Shown here piece by piece: positions 20,224 through 29,746 of a stretch of 64,000 bases of DNA (within the stretch, counting starts at the first letter, position 1; each line of letters starts with the position of its first letter). The stretch lies in NCBI GenBank assembly GCA_964343575.1, contig CAYFJV010000001.1, positions 224,705 to 288,704 of the forward strand, read 5' to 3'. The translations under genes were made by a program, and so were the position numbers. This DNA comes from an uncultured Methanosarcinales archaeon (lineage in GTDB: Archaea > Nanobdellota > Nanobdellia > Woesearchaeales > GW2011-AR9). The notes below the pieces were generated by a model. That model worked only from the letters and a program-made list of their open reading frames with translations. It was not told the DNA's origin and did no database searches.

Positions 20224-20394
20224 CTAGTTAAAAATAGAAGATAAGAACTGATTATGTTCAGTTGCAACAAGACTTGCCTGACTGTTTTGTGGAAGTAGTG
20301 AAGAGATGAAGATCATAAGCGTAATAATGAGTGCAACAACAAGAAGGACAAGAAAATATCTTTTTACTCTCTGTTTATTCTCTTCACTCAGCAT
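20224..20394 (-). CDS. Small single-TM protein (56 aa; below ORF-track cutoff)
   Basis: Manual translation MLSEENKQRVKRYFLVLLVVALIITLMIFISSLLPQNS...; overlaps the stop of the upstream gene. Confidence 0.55.
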   Translation of the reverse strand: MLSEENKQRVKRYFLVLLVVALIITLMIFISSLLPQNSQASLVATEHNQFLSSIFN

Positions 20395-20779
20395 AAAGAG
20401 GAGAGATTGTTTTTTTCTTTTTAGTTTTTGCTCTTTTCTTCCCTGGGCTTTCTGAGGTTTTTGTTTTCACAGCTTCTTTTTCTTCTGCTTCTTCTTTGGG
20501 AGGATTCTTGAGCTTTTCCACTGTTTCTTTAAAGGCCTCAATTTGTCTTTCAGTAAGATCTTCGTACATCAAGTAAGCTTGCCTAATATTTCTTAAGAAA
20601 CGAGATTTTTCGTAAAGTGAGCGATCAATGTTAAGAAATTGAAACTTTTCTTCAGTTACTTCCTGAGAGAAAATCTTTTTCATGTGACAATCAACACACA
20701 TGGGAAACTGTCTTCCAACAAGCACCACCCAGTTGGTTCTACAAATCTTACACTTAGTTTTAAATTTTGGTCTTGGCAT
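20384..20779 (-). CDS. Putative zinc-finger protein with K/E-rich tail
   Basis: CKIC...CVDC; start moved to MPRPK to avoid overlapping the MFS gene. Confidence 0.7.
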   Translation of the reverse strand: MPRPKFKTKCKICRTNWVVLVGRQFPMCVDCHMKKIFSQEVTEEKFQFLNIDRSLYEKSRFLRNIRQAYLMYEDLTERQIEAFKETVEKLKNPPKEEAEEKEAVKTKTSESPGKKRAKTKKKKTISPLYAE

Positions 20780-20831
20780 TTGTCTTCTTTTCTCTTTGCT
20801 TACTTTGTACTGCTCGTGTGCTCTTATGTCC

Positions 20832-22052
20832 CTAAAAATGTACTTGCCTTCCTCTATGGAAATGAGAAAAGATAAGCGCAGCAATAAGGATACTCACTGC
20901 ACCTAATAGAATAGGCATTCCTATATAAAAGTTAATAGAAAAACCAGCAATAACTGGTGGCACTGCCTGTGCTAAGGAAACAACAGACTGCCGAATCCCC
21001 ATTATTTCTCCTTGATTCTCTTTGGCCACCGCTGTAGAGAGTAATGTTGAGACACTTGGCTGGGTAAAACCAAAAGCAATGGCCAAAAAAGGAATGACTG
21101 CATACATTATCCAAGCTCTGTTAAGGAAAACAAAGATAAGAATAAAGAATGCAGTTGTGATTAAGGCTCTTCTCAAGAGAAGATCAGGAGAATAGCGAGC
21201 CGAAAAAGGTCGAATTATGATTCCTTGTGCAATAGATATCCAAATGCCAATGTAAGCAAAAAGAAGACCAAGCTCTACAAGAGAGTAGGCAAACTTTTCT
21301 ACCACATAAACTTGAAAAAATTGTGTATAAAAACTCCAGCCAAAATTAAGCATAAAGACAGTGATAAGAATAACACTAACACCCTTCATAGTAAATGCTT
21401 TTTTGATATCAAAAAATCCTTGAAGCACTTTTACTTTTCCTTTGAGCTTCTTTTTGAGAGTTTCTTTGAAGTAAAAGTGGATAAAGATCATATTGATCAG
21501 CGCAACAAGTGCTGCAAAAAGGAAAGGAGTAGTTGCATTAAACCAAGATACAACACTACTATCTGCCATAACACCACCAACAAAAGGACCTAGAATAAAA
21601 CCAAGTCCAAAAGCCATTCCTAGAATTCCAAAGTTGTTTACCTTCTCTTTCTCAGTCTTACTAATATCTGCAATTGCTGAGAGTGCCACCGAGATATTTC
21701 CTCCAGTAAAACCATCGAGCATTCGACTTGCAAAAAGCATGTAGATATTAGCGTAATAGATCCCAAGTGCAAAGAGAGCATAGCCTACTGCGCTTCCAAA
21801 AAGTGAAATCACAAGTACTTTTTTTCTTCCATGTTTATCTGAGAGTTTTCCTAAAATTGGCGCTCCAATAAACTGTGAGAGCGGATAGGATGCTACCAGA
21901 AAGCCAAGAAGGATGTTTTGGAGTGCAGGATTTGCAAAACCAAAGTTGATATCTAAAAAAATAATTGGAAGGAGCGGGTATACTATCCCAATTCCTAAAA
22001 GGTCTAAAAATACTACAAAAAATAATGATGCTAGGGTTTTTCTATCTGCCAC
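20832..22052 (-). CDS. MFS transporter, TetA/DHA1-like
   Basis: GKLSDKHGRKK motif A, RMLDGFTGGN, GFILGP; about 12 TM segments. Confidence 0.93.
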   Translation of the reverse strand: MADRKTLASLFFVVFLDLLGIGIVYPLLPIIFLDINFGFANPALQNILLGFLVASYPLSQFIGAPILGKLSDKHGRKKVLVISLFGSAVGYALFALGIYYANIYMLFASRMLDGFTGGNISVALSAIADISKTEKEKVNNFGILGMAFGLGFILGPFVGGVMADSSVVSWFNATTPFLFAALVALINMIFIHFYFKETLKKKLKGKVKVLQGFFDIKKAFTMKGVSVILITVFMLNFGWSFYTQFFQVYVVEKFAYSLVELGLLFAYIGIWISIAQGIIIRPFSARYSPDLLLRRALITTAFFILIFVFLNRAWIMYAVIPFLAIAFGFTQPSVSTLLSTAVAKENQGEIMGIRQSVVSLAQAVPPVIAGFSINFYIGMPILLGAVSILIAALIFSHFHRGRQVHF

Positions 22053-22159
22053 TCATGAGTCACGGAAGAATACTCGAGGAGGGGTTTATAAATGTTGTTG
22101 CAGGAGTTTTTTTGTTTAGAGAAAGAAGTTTTTTAAAAAAGGGAGAGAAATGAGAAGCT

Positions 22160-22621
22160 ATGATCGGTTATTTTGTTACATTAACAAGTGGTAAATCTTC
22201 TAGAGAGGTTCTTTACGCAACTACAGGAGATGTTAACGATCACCTGCCTATTCATTTGGGTTTTCGAAAGGACGGGAAATTTGCGGTGAGAGTAGGAGAA
22301 CTTCTCCCTTCTGGAGTACATGTTGCGAGTATGGGTTACCTTGGAGAAGGAGAAATTGATGAAGGGCACTCTTTAGAGTTGAAATCTCGCTTAGATCTTC
22401 CTCGAGGAAGCTTATACCTAAATGGAGGAGATCGTTTAGTCAAAGGAAGAAGAGCCTCACTCAGAGATTCCCTTGATGAAACAGAAGGAAGTCTCACCTT
22501 TGCCCCACCAAAAGGAGGTCAGGAGGTACTTTCCTACCACACCTCTCAGAGGGAAGTTACAACTGAAGAGGTAAGGGAATTAGTTGCACCTTTCGTTCAA
22601 AGAGATTTTGTTTTTAGTTAG
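22160..22621 (+). CDS. Hypothetical protein (ORFan-like)
   Basis: 153-aa ORF with its own TATA (TTTTAAAA) at leaderless distance. Confidence 0.6.
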   Translation: MIGYFVTLTSGKSSREVLYATTGDVNDHLPIHLGFRKDGKFAVRVGELLPSGVHVASMGYLGEGEIDEGHSLELKSRLDLPRGSLYLNGGDRLVKGRRASLRDSLDETEGSLTFAPPKGGQEVLSYHTSQREVTTEEVRELVAPFVQRDFVFS

Positions 22622-22628
22622 TTCTTTT

Positions 22629-23231
22629 TTAGCTATAGATGGAAAACCTTGCTGGCTCACACATGACTACCATTAAAATATCTGGATTGTACACCTTTGT
22701 CTTTTCTAAAGTGTTCAAATCAGTATCTGAAGCAAGGCAACTCTTGTAAGGATGACTATGAAGCATAATGAGTGTTTCTTCATCACAAGGTTCAAAAGAG
22801 ACGTGATTAAAGGTCTGCACATGTGTTGTTGGGACATAGAGTTCATCTATGAAATAATCTCCTTGCAGGGTTTTTTCTCCAGAGAGACAAACGCTAAACT
22901 CAGTCTCTTGCGTGTTGAAATAAATGGTTTGAAGTTCATCCAAGGTTTGACTTGCAAAAATGATAGTAAACTCATCAAGCTCAATGATGTTGTTCTCTAA
23001 TGGATTTGATTCTAACTGACCACGAATGATATCTGCAATGGGAAAAGTAACAACTGTGAAAGAGAGCATCAAAAAGACCATAAGTACTCCAACAGTGAAG
23101 ATGCTTGCTCGTTTGAAGTGACGTTTCCAATGAGAAGGATGTTCTTGCTGCTCTAGTTCTTCTTGGAGATCTTTCTCTGCGTGCCTTGCAATCTCTTGAA
23201 TTAGTTGCTCATCTTCGTTTGGGTGGGACAT
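22629..23231 (-). CDS. Membrane-anchored JAB/MPN+ (JAMM) metalloprotease
   Basis: One TM, then E (TEFSVC) and HSHPYKSCLASDTD, matching HxH-x7-S-x2-D. Confidence 0.8.
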   Translation of the reverse strand: MSHPNEDEQLIQEIARHAEKDLQEELEQQEHPSHWKRHFKRASIFTVGVLMVFLMLSFTVVTFPIADIIRGQLESNPLENNIIELDEFTIIFASQTLDELQTIYFNTQETEFSVCLSGEKTLQGDYFIDELYVPTTHVQTFNHVSFEPCDEETLIMLHSHPYKSCLASDTDLNTLEKTKVYNPDILMVVMCEPARFSIYS

Positions 23232-23351
23232 CTGGCTCTTGGAAGGAAGAAGGGTTCTTAATTCTTGTTGTTTGAGCATTCTGTCCTAAGAGAGCAAAAG
23301 GCGCCTGCAAGTGAGGAAAAATATAAAAAGAAAAAAGCTGTTTTTTTTCTG

Positions 23352-24698
23352 ATGGTCAAACGATCTTTTCCTAGCAAGAAGCTCATTCTCTCTTTTAGTG
23401 ATATTGAAGCAGGAGCTGGAACTGCAACCGACGACTTCATCGAAGAAGATCTTCTTTGCCGCACCATTCGCTCACACTTTGCAGAATCTAAAAAGATGGC
23501 TGCAGATTTAATCTTTAATGGAGATACTTTTGACTACATGAAGGCGCCTTACGGAAGCAAATATCCAAGGCACATTACCGAGAAAATTTCTGTTCACAAA
23601 ACTAAGACCATCTACAAGGCGCACAAGAGATACTTCAAAGTGATGCATGATTGGCTTAAGGCAAGCCCAACTAATAGAATTATCTTCATTGTCGGGAATC
23701 ATGACTATGATTTGGTCTTCCCAAAGGTTCAAGAGCTTCTTAAAAAGCTGATCGCGGGAAGAAGCGAGGATCTTAAGAGGAGAATCCTTTTCCCTGGATT
23801 CGAGTTTAAAGATGGTTTGACTCTTATAGAACATGGCTCACAGTTAGATCACTTCTTTCAAGTAAATCCAGAGAAGTTCATTTTTTATCCAAAAGATAAA
23901 AGCAAAGAGCCTTATCTTCTTTTGCCTTGGGGTTTTAATGCCTTTTATGATCAGTATGTTCTTCTTAAGGAACATTACCCCCTATTAGAGAGAATTGTTC
24001 CTCGTCACGCAGTCTTTGGACATCTTCCTAAACATATTAAGAAAGTTTTTGTAACTGACACCATCATTTACATGATCAAATCTTTTTTCTACACCCAGTA
24101 TCGTTTCTGGGGGGATCCACTGCACCGCTTTACTTTCAAAGAGTTTAGAAATTATTTCAGAAATTTCTTTAGTAGCGAGTGGAGCGTCAAGTTTATTGAT
24201 GAAGCAAAAAAGCGCTTGCGTAAAGAAAAGATTCAAGTTATTTGTGTTGGTCATAATCATCGACCAAAGAAGGTTTACCTTGGACAAAAAATTGTTCTAA
24301 ACACTGGTTGTTGGCGTGATGAGTATATCATGGGAGATGGTTTTAACTTTCCTGCCAAGCCAAAAGTTTATGCTTACATTAAGCAAACTGCCCAGAAGGT
24401 GCTTGATGCTCGCTTAATTGAGGTTGCTTCTGAAAGACCAGGGATCACCATCGAAGACATTCGAAAAGAGATTGCTCGGGGGGACAAACAGTTCAAAAGA
24501 GTGATGCTCCTTCAAGGTAAACGAGAGAAAAATGCTCGAAAGGTAGCACAACGTGTGCATAATCGTCTGGTGAAAAGAGATAAGATGATTAAGAAGCGCC
24601 AAGCAAAGAATGAGAAGCGAGCAAGCAAACTAGCTAAAAAGCAAGAGAAACGCGCAGCTAAGTCTGCTAAGAAACAGAGTAAGAAAGAGAAGAAGTAG
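23352..24698 (+). CDS. Calcineurin-like metallophosphoesterase with Lys-rich tail
   Basis: SD.E, NGDTFD, GNHD, EHG and GHNH motifs; start moved to MVKR. Confidence 0.85.
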   Translation: MVKRSFPSKKLILSFSDIEAGAGTATDDFIEEDLLCRTIRSHFAESKKMAADLIFNGDTFDYMKAPYGSKYPRHITEKISVHKTKTIYKAHKRYFKVMHDWLKASPTNRIIFIVGNHDYDLVFPKVQELLKKLIAGRSEDLKRRILFPGFEFKDGLTLIEHGSQLDHFFQVNPEKFIFYPKDKSKEPYLLLPWGFNAFYDQYVLLKEHYPLLERIVPRHAVFGHLPKHIKKVFVTDTIIYMIKSFFYTQYRFWGDPLHRFTFKEFRNYFRNFFSSEWSVKFIDEAKKRLRKEKIQVICVGHNHRPKKVYLGQKIVLNTGCWRDEYIMGDGFNFPAKPKVYAYIKQTAQKVLDARLIEVASERPGITIEDIRKEIARGDKQFKRVMLLQGKREKNARKVAQRVHNRLVKRDKMIKKRQAKNEKRASKLAKKQEKRAAKSAKKQSKKEKK

Positions 24699-24730
24699 GG
24701 AGAGTGGGGCAAGAGCACTGCTCTTTTATG

Positions 24731-25498
24731 TTAATTTGATCTTTGCATAATGTTTTGCAAAGAAAACTCTGCAGTTGCATGATCGATTTCTACCACATCG
24801 CCGTTAGTTAAAGAAAACCAATTTTCTTCTTTAAGGTTTGGAAGCGGTACTCGCTCTGAGCTGACAATAAGGGCACTCTCACTTTTGGCAACTTGCATGG
24901 TAAAGTAGCGTGGCTCAGTCTTGTAGTAAACAAAAACATAAGATTTGGCTCGGGAAGTGATGATCAAGTTTGCTCCATAGAAGTCATCTAACTCTTTAAG
25001 TGAGAGAATGGTTGCTTCTTTGAGAGAGATTCCTTTGTCCTTTACCTTACTAAGGATTTTATAGAAAAGGGCTTCTGAATCAGTATTTCCTTTAAGCGTG
25101 AAAGATTCATGAAATTCCAACTGGTCATTAATGTGTCCGTTATGTGAGAGAAGCACAGGACCAAAGCCAGGAAGCTCATGGTAAAAGTTGTGTGTGTTCT
25201 CTGGGATCCTAGTTCCATTGGTTGCTTTTCTAACATGAAAAATCTTTACAGAAGATTGAACTTCCTTTGTTCTCTTGTATTGCTCATCTTTGTAAACTTC
25301 TTTTTCAGAACGTAGAATTTTCCACTCATCTTCTTTGTCAAGATAAGAGAGACTCCATCCTTCACTATGAAGGAAGGGATTTTGACGCTGCTCTTTACCC
25401 TCGTGACTAATTCCATTCTGATCCGCAGCCATACGTAAGATGGCGTTCGAGAGAGAAATTGGGCAAACATCACCAACTGCGAGTAACATCCGACACAT
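24731..25498 (-). CDS. Class II glutamine amidotransferase (YafJ/EgtC-like)
   Basis: MCRM N-terminal Cys, HVRKAT, HNG, TDSE and SSE motifs. Confidence 0.9.
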   Translation of the reverse strand: MCRMLLAVGDVCPISLSNAILRMAADQNGISHEGKEQRQNPFLHSEGWSLSYLDKEDEWKILRSEKEVYKDEQYKRTKEVQSSVKIFHVRKATNGTRIPENTHNFYHELPGFGPVLLSHNGHINDQLEFHESFTLKGNTDSEALFYKILSKVKDKGISLKEATILSLKELDDFYGANLIITSRAKSYVFVYYKTEPRYFTMQVAKSESALIVSSERVPLPNLKEENWFSLTNGDVVEIDHATAEFSLQNIMQRSN

Positions 25499-25584
25499 AG
25501 GAAAAAGGGAGGGATAGGTTGTATATATAGTTAATGGAATTTTCTTAAAGTATTACTTAGTGACAAAAAAAGTGGGTGAAAAAA

Positions 25585-26727
25585 TTAGGCTACTTCTTTT
25601 AAGACAAAATATTCGAGAGGATCTCCTTGAACTGCATTCAGTGTGTTTACACCCCCCCCAACAAGAAGATTGTATCGCCCAACTCTAAAATCTTTTGGAG
25701 AGAGAATTCTACCTGCCTTGATGTCTTCAGGCCCCCTATAGTGGTCAACAATTACCAAAACTTTTCCTTCGCTATAACCTAAATTATGTGGCTTTGCGTT
25801 GTTACCAAGGGAAAAGATATGATGTGCCCTTGGATCATTTGCAAACTCCCCAACACCTTGATTAATCATTCTATCCCTTAGTGTTACAATGTGCCCCTCA
25901 AGCGGAACATTAATCTCAAGACGTTCCCCATCTTCAAAGAGAAAATACTGAACCAAACCATCTACATGGATTGAACCATAACCTTTTGTCCTTCCACCAC
26001 CACCCCTGCCTTCTTTGTAGAGATTTTCTGAAGCAAAAAAACAAAAAGGAGAGTGAGGATCCTCTCCCATGGCCTTTAAACGTTCTTCCCAAGCGCATGC
26101 ATCTTCCTCTGTCTCAGTTACTAAAGTAAAACCATAAGTGTCCCAAAGCTTCAGCATTTCAGAAAATAAGTCATGTCTAAGGGAATCAAAACGATGATTA
26201 TATCTTCCTGCTTTCTCTGCAATGCTTGGAGGAATTTTTCCCCTCACAACAAGATACCTTAAACCAGTCTTACTATCCTTGATTTTATAGGTGTGCACTA
26301 TTGCAGCATAATCTCCATGATGAGAATGCTGAAATGGAGATTCAATATTTGTTATATCAACACCACTTCTTACTTGGAAAGGGAAGGGTGCAAGCCTTTC
26401 TTCAATAAATTCTTCGCTTGTTGCTCCAAATGCTCTTAGAAGATTTAGAGCAATTGGTCGAACCAAACCTTCGTTTCGCTCAATAATCCAAGGTGTTTTT
26501 CCTTCAAGAAAACCAGTTTCCTCATCTATTTGAGACACTAAACCAACCAACCTGCCATGAATTGTTGGACAAGCGTTGGAAAGAATATTTCTTGGGTCTA
26601 GAGAACGACCCCTTCTTCCTTCACCATAGCTCCAGGCAATAGCGTCTAATTCTCTTGGAGATAATCTCGCCCCTTGAACTATACTTCTTGCAAGGTCACT
26701 CATCCCTCTATGAACAATGCCATCCAC
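25585..26727 (-). CDS. Divergent RelA/SpoT-like nucleotidyltransferase-domain protein
   Basis: RGKIPPSIAEK, DTYGFTLV, GYGSIH, LEGHIVT and AHHIF occur in RelA_SpoT motif order. Confidence 0.55.
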   Translation of the reverse strand: MDGIVHRGMSDLARSIVQGARLSPRELDAIAWSYGEGRRGRSLDPRNILSNACPTIHGRLVGLVSQIDEETGFLEGKTPWIIERNEGLVRPIALNLLRAFGATSEEFIEERLAPFPFQVRSGVDITNIESPFQHSHHGDYAAIVHTYKIKDSKTGLRYLVVRGKIPPSIAEKAGRYNHRFDSLRHDLFSEMLKLWDTYGFTLVTETEEDACAWEERLKAMGEDPHSPFCFFASENLYKEGRGGGGRTKGYGSIHVDGLVQYFLFEDGERLEINVPLEGHIVTLRDRMINQGVGEFANDPRAHHIFSLGNNAKPHNLGYSEGKVLVIVDHYRGPEDIKAGRILSPKDFRVGRYNLLVGGGVNTLNAVQGDPLEYFVLKEVA

Positions 26728-26879
26728 TATCTTCTACACCCCAAGGCAAGTTCAAAAAAGAGCAAATGGAGATTTATAATCATAAGACGAACAGATTTTT
26801 GAGATTATTATAAAAATGAGGGATATTTATCTCGAGATTTAATATATGTCTTTTAAAAAAATATAGGTAGATATGCATT

Positions 26880-27476
26880 TCATATGCCCAGCTTTCTCTT
26901 GAGCTCTTTGGCTCGCTTTGGAAAATGTTGCTTGAGAAGCATAAAATTGTTCCTTGCAAGAAGGATGCTTTTCTCACAAGTAGGTGAGCAAGGAAAGTGG
27001 GAAATAAGAACTAAATCTTGTTCCCTTTGAGAAAGATCAAGGTAAGGGTCAGGATTTTCATGGGTGGGATTCGGAGAATTTCCACTAAAACTCTTCTCAA
27101 AAAATTCTGTACAACAGCCAGGATAACCAAGCAAAAGCCCTAAGGCTTGATCGTTTCCCATAAGTTCATAAAAACTTGCCAAATAGGCATCTTCCTCCTT
27201 TTTACTAAAATAATAGAAGTGTACCGCATCTCGCCTATCATGCTCTGGAATGATTATTCCTTTATTGCTGAAACTTCCAGATTCTTCATCAGAAAAAAGT
27301 ACCTTAAATTTTGATCTGGCCCAAGAGACCTTATTGAGAAGGCAGAACTTTTGAATAATTCTAAACTCCTCTTCATGAAAGCCTTGGCGAACCACTGGTT
27401 TTTTGTCTGCCAGAAGGAGAACCATCTCATCAGCTTTCATCCTAGATCCGAAGGTTTTTACCAGTTTTTCATACAT
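26880..27476 (-). CDS. DUF483-like archaeal protein
   Basis: LGLLLGYPGCC..FF and HFPCS..C..S motifs. Confidence 0.65.
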   Translation of the reverse strand: MYEKLVKTFGSRMKADEMVLLLADKKPVVRQGFHEEEFRIIQKFCLLNKVSWARSKFKVLFSDEESGSFSNKGIIIPEHDRRDAVHFYYFSKKEEDAYLASFYELMGNDQALGLLLGYPGCCTEFFEKSFSGNSPNPTHENPDPYLDLSQREQDLVLISHFPCSPTCEKSILLARNNFMLLKQHFPKRAKELKRKLGI

Positions 27477-27603
27477 AGCTAGAAAGGAGCGAAAAATGCT
27501 TTTTATGTTTTACGAGAATAAAGTGCAATGGTTAGGGTGAAAGAAGGGTAGAAGAAAGGTAGAAAAGAAGGAGAAATAAAAAGGGAAAAGAGAAGGAAGC
27601 AAT

Positions 27604-28071
27604 TTAGACAAAAAATCCTGCAAGGGCGGTGAGCACAGACATGGTCCCAAAACGAATAGAATTCCAGAGTCCATGGGCTTCATAAGTAATAAGATCACTT
27701 GCAAGAGCGTCTGTGATAAAGGTTAAACCATCTTCTGCGTAGAGCAGGTCAAGTAGAGTTTGCTCGTTAAGATAGACATCCACATCTGGATCTGCCACAG
27801 CAACACTCTCTACGCTTTCTACAGTTCCAGCTAGCACAGTTATACCAACAAGCACCTCTTCTCCAGAATCAAGAGAGATGTGTAAGTTTCCTTGGACGTT
27901 AGGATAGATTGCTGCTGCAGCCGAAGGAAGTTCAAATCCTTGGAAACCATCAAGCTCATTAGTGATATCTTCTGGAGTGAGGCCTGCAAAAACAGACATA
28001 CTTGCTAAAGATAAAAGAACAATGAGAAAAAAAGTTAGAGAGAAAAATTTTGTGAAGATTTTGCGTTTCAT
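27604..28071 (-). CDS. Secreted protein, possible SCP2-like fold; paralog of 29118-29576
   Basis: Signal peptide; DVYL.E...ITYEA.G.WN..RF shared with the paralog. Confidence 0.7.
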   Translation of the reverse strand: MKRKIFTKFFSLTFFLIVLLSLASMSVFAGLTPEDITNELDGFQGFELPSAAAAIYPNVQGNLHISLDSGEEVLVGITVLAGTVESVESVAVADPDVDVYLNEQTLLDLLYAEDGLTFITDALASDLITYEAHGLWNSIRFGTMSVLTALAGFFV

Positions 28072-28089
28072 AGTTTGGAGGAGGCGTTC

Positions 28090-29010
28090 TTAGTAGATAA
28101 AGTTTTCTTCCTTTAAACTTTTGATCGAAAGAAGACCTTGCACAATCTCTTTGTAGACCTGCCAAGCAGTTTTTTTAGTTCTCATAATTTTTTGCACGAA
28201 ATGACAGGCAAGATCATGTAATCCATTCAAGGCAGGACGTTCTTCTATAAACGCATCTTTTAAGTTTGCAATATTGTGTTGCTTGATGATGTCCATCCAA
28301 GCAAAAGAGAAAGCAAAAGCTTTAGCTTCTTCATCATGTTGGTTTGAAAGTGTTGGCGTAAGCACATGGCCAAGCTCGTGACCAAAGGTGAGTAAGACCC
28401 TTGCTAGAGGCCCGTTGCGTACGAAAATCTCTGAGAGAAGTCCATGTTTTCTCCGGTTTATGGAGAGGCCAAGGGTGTTAGCGTTTGGGGTGAGTTTTTG
28501 AAACTCTTTATCATCAAGCACGCGTACTTTGATATCTTCAGGGAAGGATGTTTGAAACATCTCTTGAAAGGCTTGCTCAACAAATTCTTCAATCTCTTCA
28601 GCTTTACCAATGAAGGCTCCGTGCATTCCTGGTTTGAGGAAGTGATCTGGTTGGAAGTGAAGCTCGGGCGAGTTAGAAGATGGGAAGTGATAAGATTCTT
28701 GTTCTTGAGTGCTGCTTGCATAGGCTGAGATTACGTTGTTTCCTGCAAATCTTTGGGTCGAGTAGGGTTCATCTTGTCTTGCTGAGAAGAGTGATGGAGA
28801 AGTGGAAGAAGAAGATGTGAAATAGGAAAAGACCCTTTGTGTTAGTCTGCCTAGGTACTCTGCGCCTTGAGAGATATAAGATGGTGTTTGAGCTGTGGCG
28901 TGAGAAGTTAACTGTGAAAGTCCTCGCTCTAATGGAGAGTAGTTTATTCTTGGTGAGTTGGCTGCAAGGAGGTTTCTAGCTCCTGCGCTATAGTGAGACA
29001 TTTGGTACAT
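28090..29010 (-). CDS. HExxH zinc metallopeptidase-like protein with low-complexity N-terminus
   Basis: HELGH followed by EEAKAFAF. Confidence 0.7.
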   Translation of the reverse strand: MYQMSHYSAGARNLLAANSPRINYSPLERGLSQLTSHATAQTPSYISQGAEYLGRLTQRVFSYFTSSSSTSPSLFSARQDEPYSTQRFAGNNVISAYASSTQEQESYHFPSSNSPELHFQPDHFLKPGMHGAFIGKAEEIEEFVEQAFQEMFQTSFPEDIKVRVLDDKEFQKLTPNANTLGLSINRRKHGLLSEIFVRNGPLARVLLTFGHELGHVLTPTLSNQHDEEAKAFAFSFAWMDIIKQHNIANLKDAFIEERPALNGLHDLACHFVQKIMRTKKTAWQVYKEIVQGLLSIKSLKEENFIY

Positions 29011-29117
29011 TGTCCTTAACTGGATAGGGAGTAGAGATTTAACTCTTATGAGAAAAAAGGAGGAAAAAAGAAAAAAAGTGAGAAAAAAAAGTCACTTGTT
29101 TATCCTTTATTACTCAC

Positions 29118-29576
29118 TTAGTGCAATTGCCAGGAGTCAAAAAGGCTAGCTGCAGCATTAAAGTTCTTCACAGCATTGAAGCGTAACTTGTTCCAAAAGC
29201 CCTTTGCTTCATAGCTAATCTCTCCTTGCTTGATTGCTTCTTTGATACTAGAGAGCCTTTGAGAAGAACTTCTAATCTCATCGATCTTTTTCTCTTCTAG
29301 ATAAACGTAGACATCAGCTTCTTCAACTTTATCAAAAGATATCTCTTTTACTTCTCCACCTTCTACTTGAACAAATACATCAACAATTTCTCCTGACTCA
29401 AGAGTCACTTGTGAAGCAATGCTTGCCTCACCGTACATCGGCCTTAGAGCAAGGGGGATTTTCGTTCCCACATAGTCTGGAGCACTTTCTTTCACATGTT
29501 CTACATCTAGGGCAAAGGCGCCTTGCAGAGCAAAGAGAAAGAGAAAGCCAACAAGGAATAGTTTTGTTATCTTCAT
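29118..29576 (-). CDS. Secreted protein, possible SCP2-like fold; paralog of 27604-28071
   Basis: Signal peptide ending AFA; YVYLEE...ISYEAKGFWNKLRF; GAGGT SD. Confidence 0.7.
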   Translation of the reverse strand: MKITKLFLVGFLFLFALQGAFALDVEHVKESAPDYVGTKIPLALRPMYGEASIASQVTLESGEIVDVFVQVEGGEVKEISFDKVEEADVYVYLEEKKIDEIRSSSQRLSSIKEAIKQGEISYEAKGFWNKLRFNAVKNFNAAASLFDSWQLH

Positions 29577-29635
29577 GTTTCTTACCTCAATGATTTTTTC
29601 TCCTTCTTTTGGAAAGAGATAGAGTTCTCTTTGGT

Positions 29636-29687
29636 GGAACGAAAGAAAAAGAATTAGAGGGACAGAGGTGAACGAAGTGGAACGAAG
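29636..29687 (-). promoter_or_regulatory. GGAAC/GTTCC box cluster A
   Basis: GGAACGAA at 29636, TGAACGAAG at 29669 and GGAACGAAG at 29679; the 14-mer GAACGAAGTGGAAC is identical to 32188-32201. Confidence 0.65.
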
Positions 29688-29746
29688 AGAAGAAAAAGGA
29701 GTAAGAAAGAGAAGAATAAAGAAAAATAAAGTTAAACGCTACGGAG

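Noticed and set aside
19603..23351. Extended N-termini given by the ORF track for 18532, 20384, 22629 and 23265
   Set aside because: They create overlaps and bury signal peptides; downstream ATGs fit SD or TATA spacing better.
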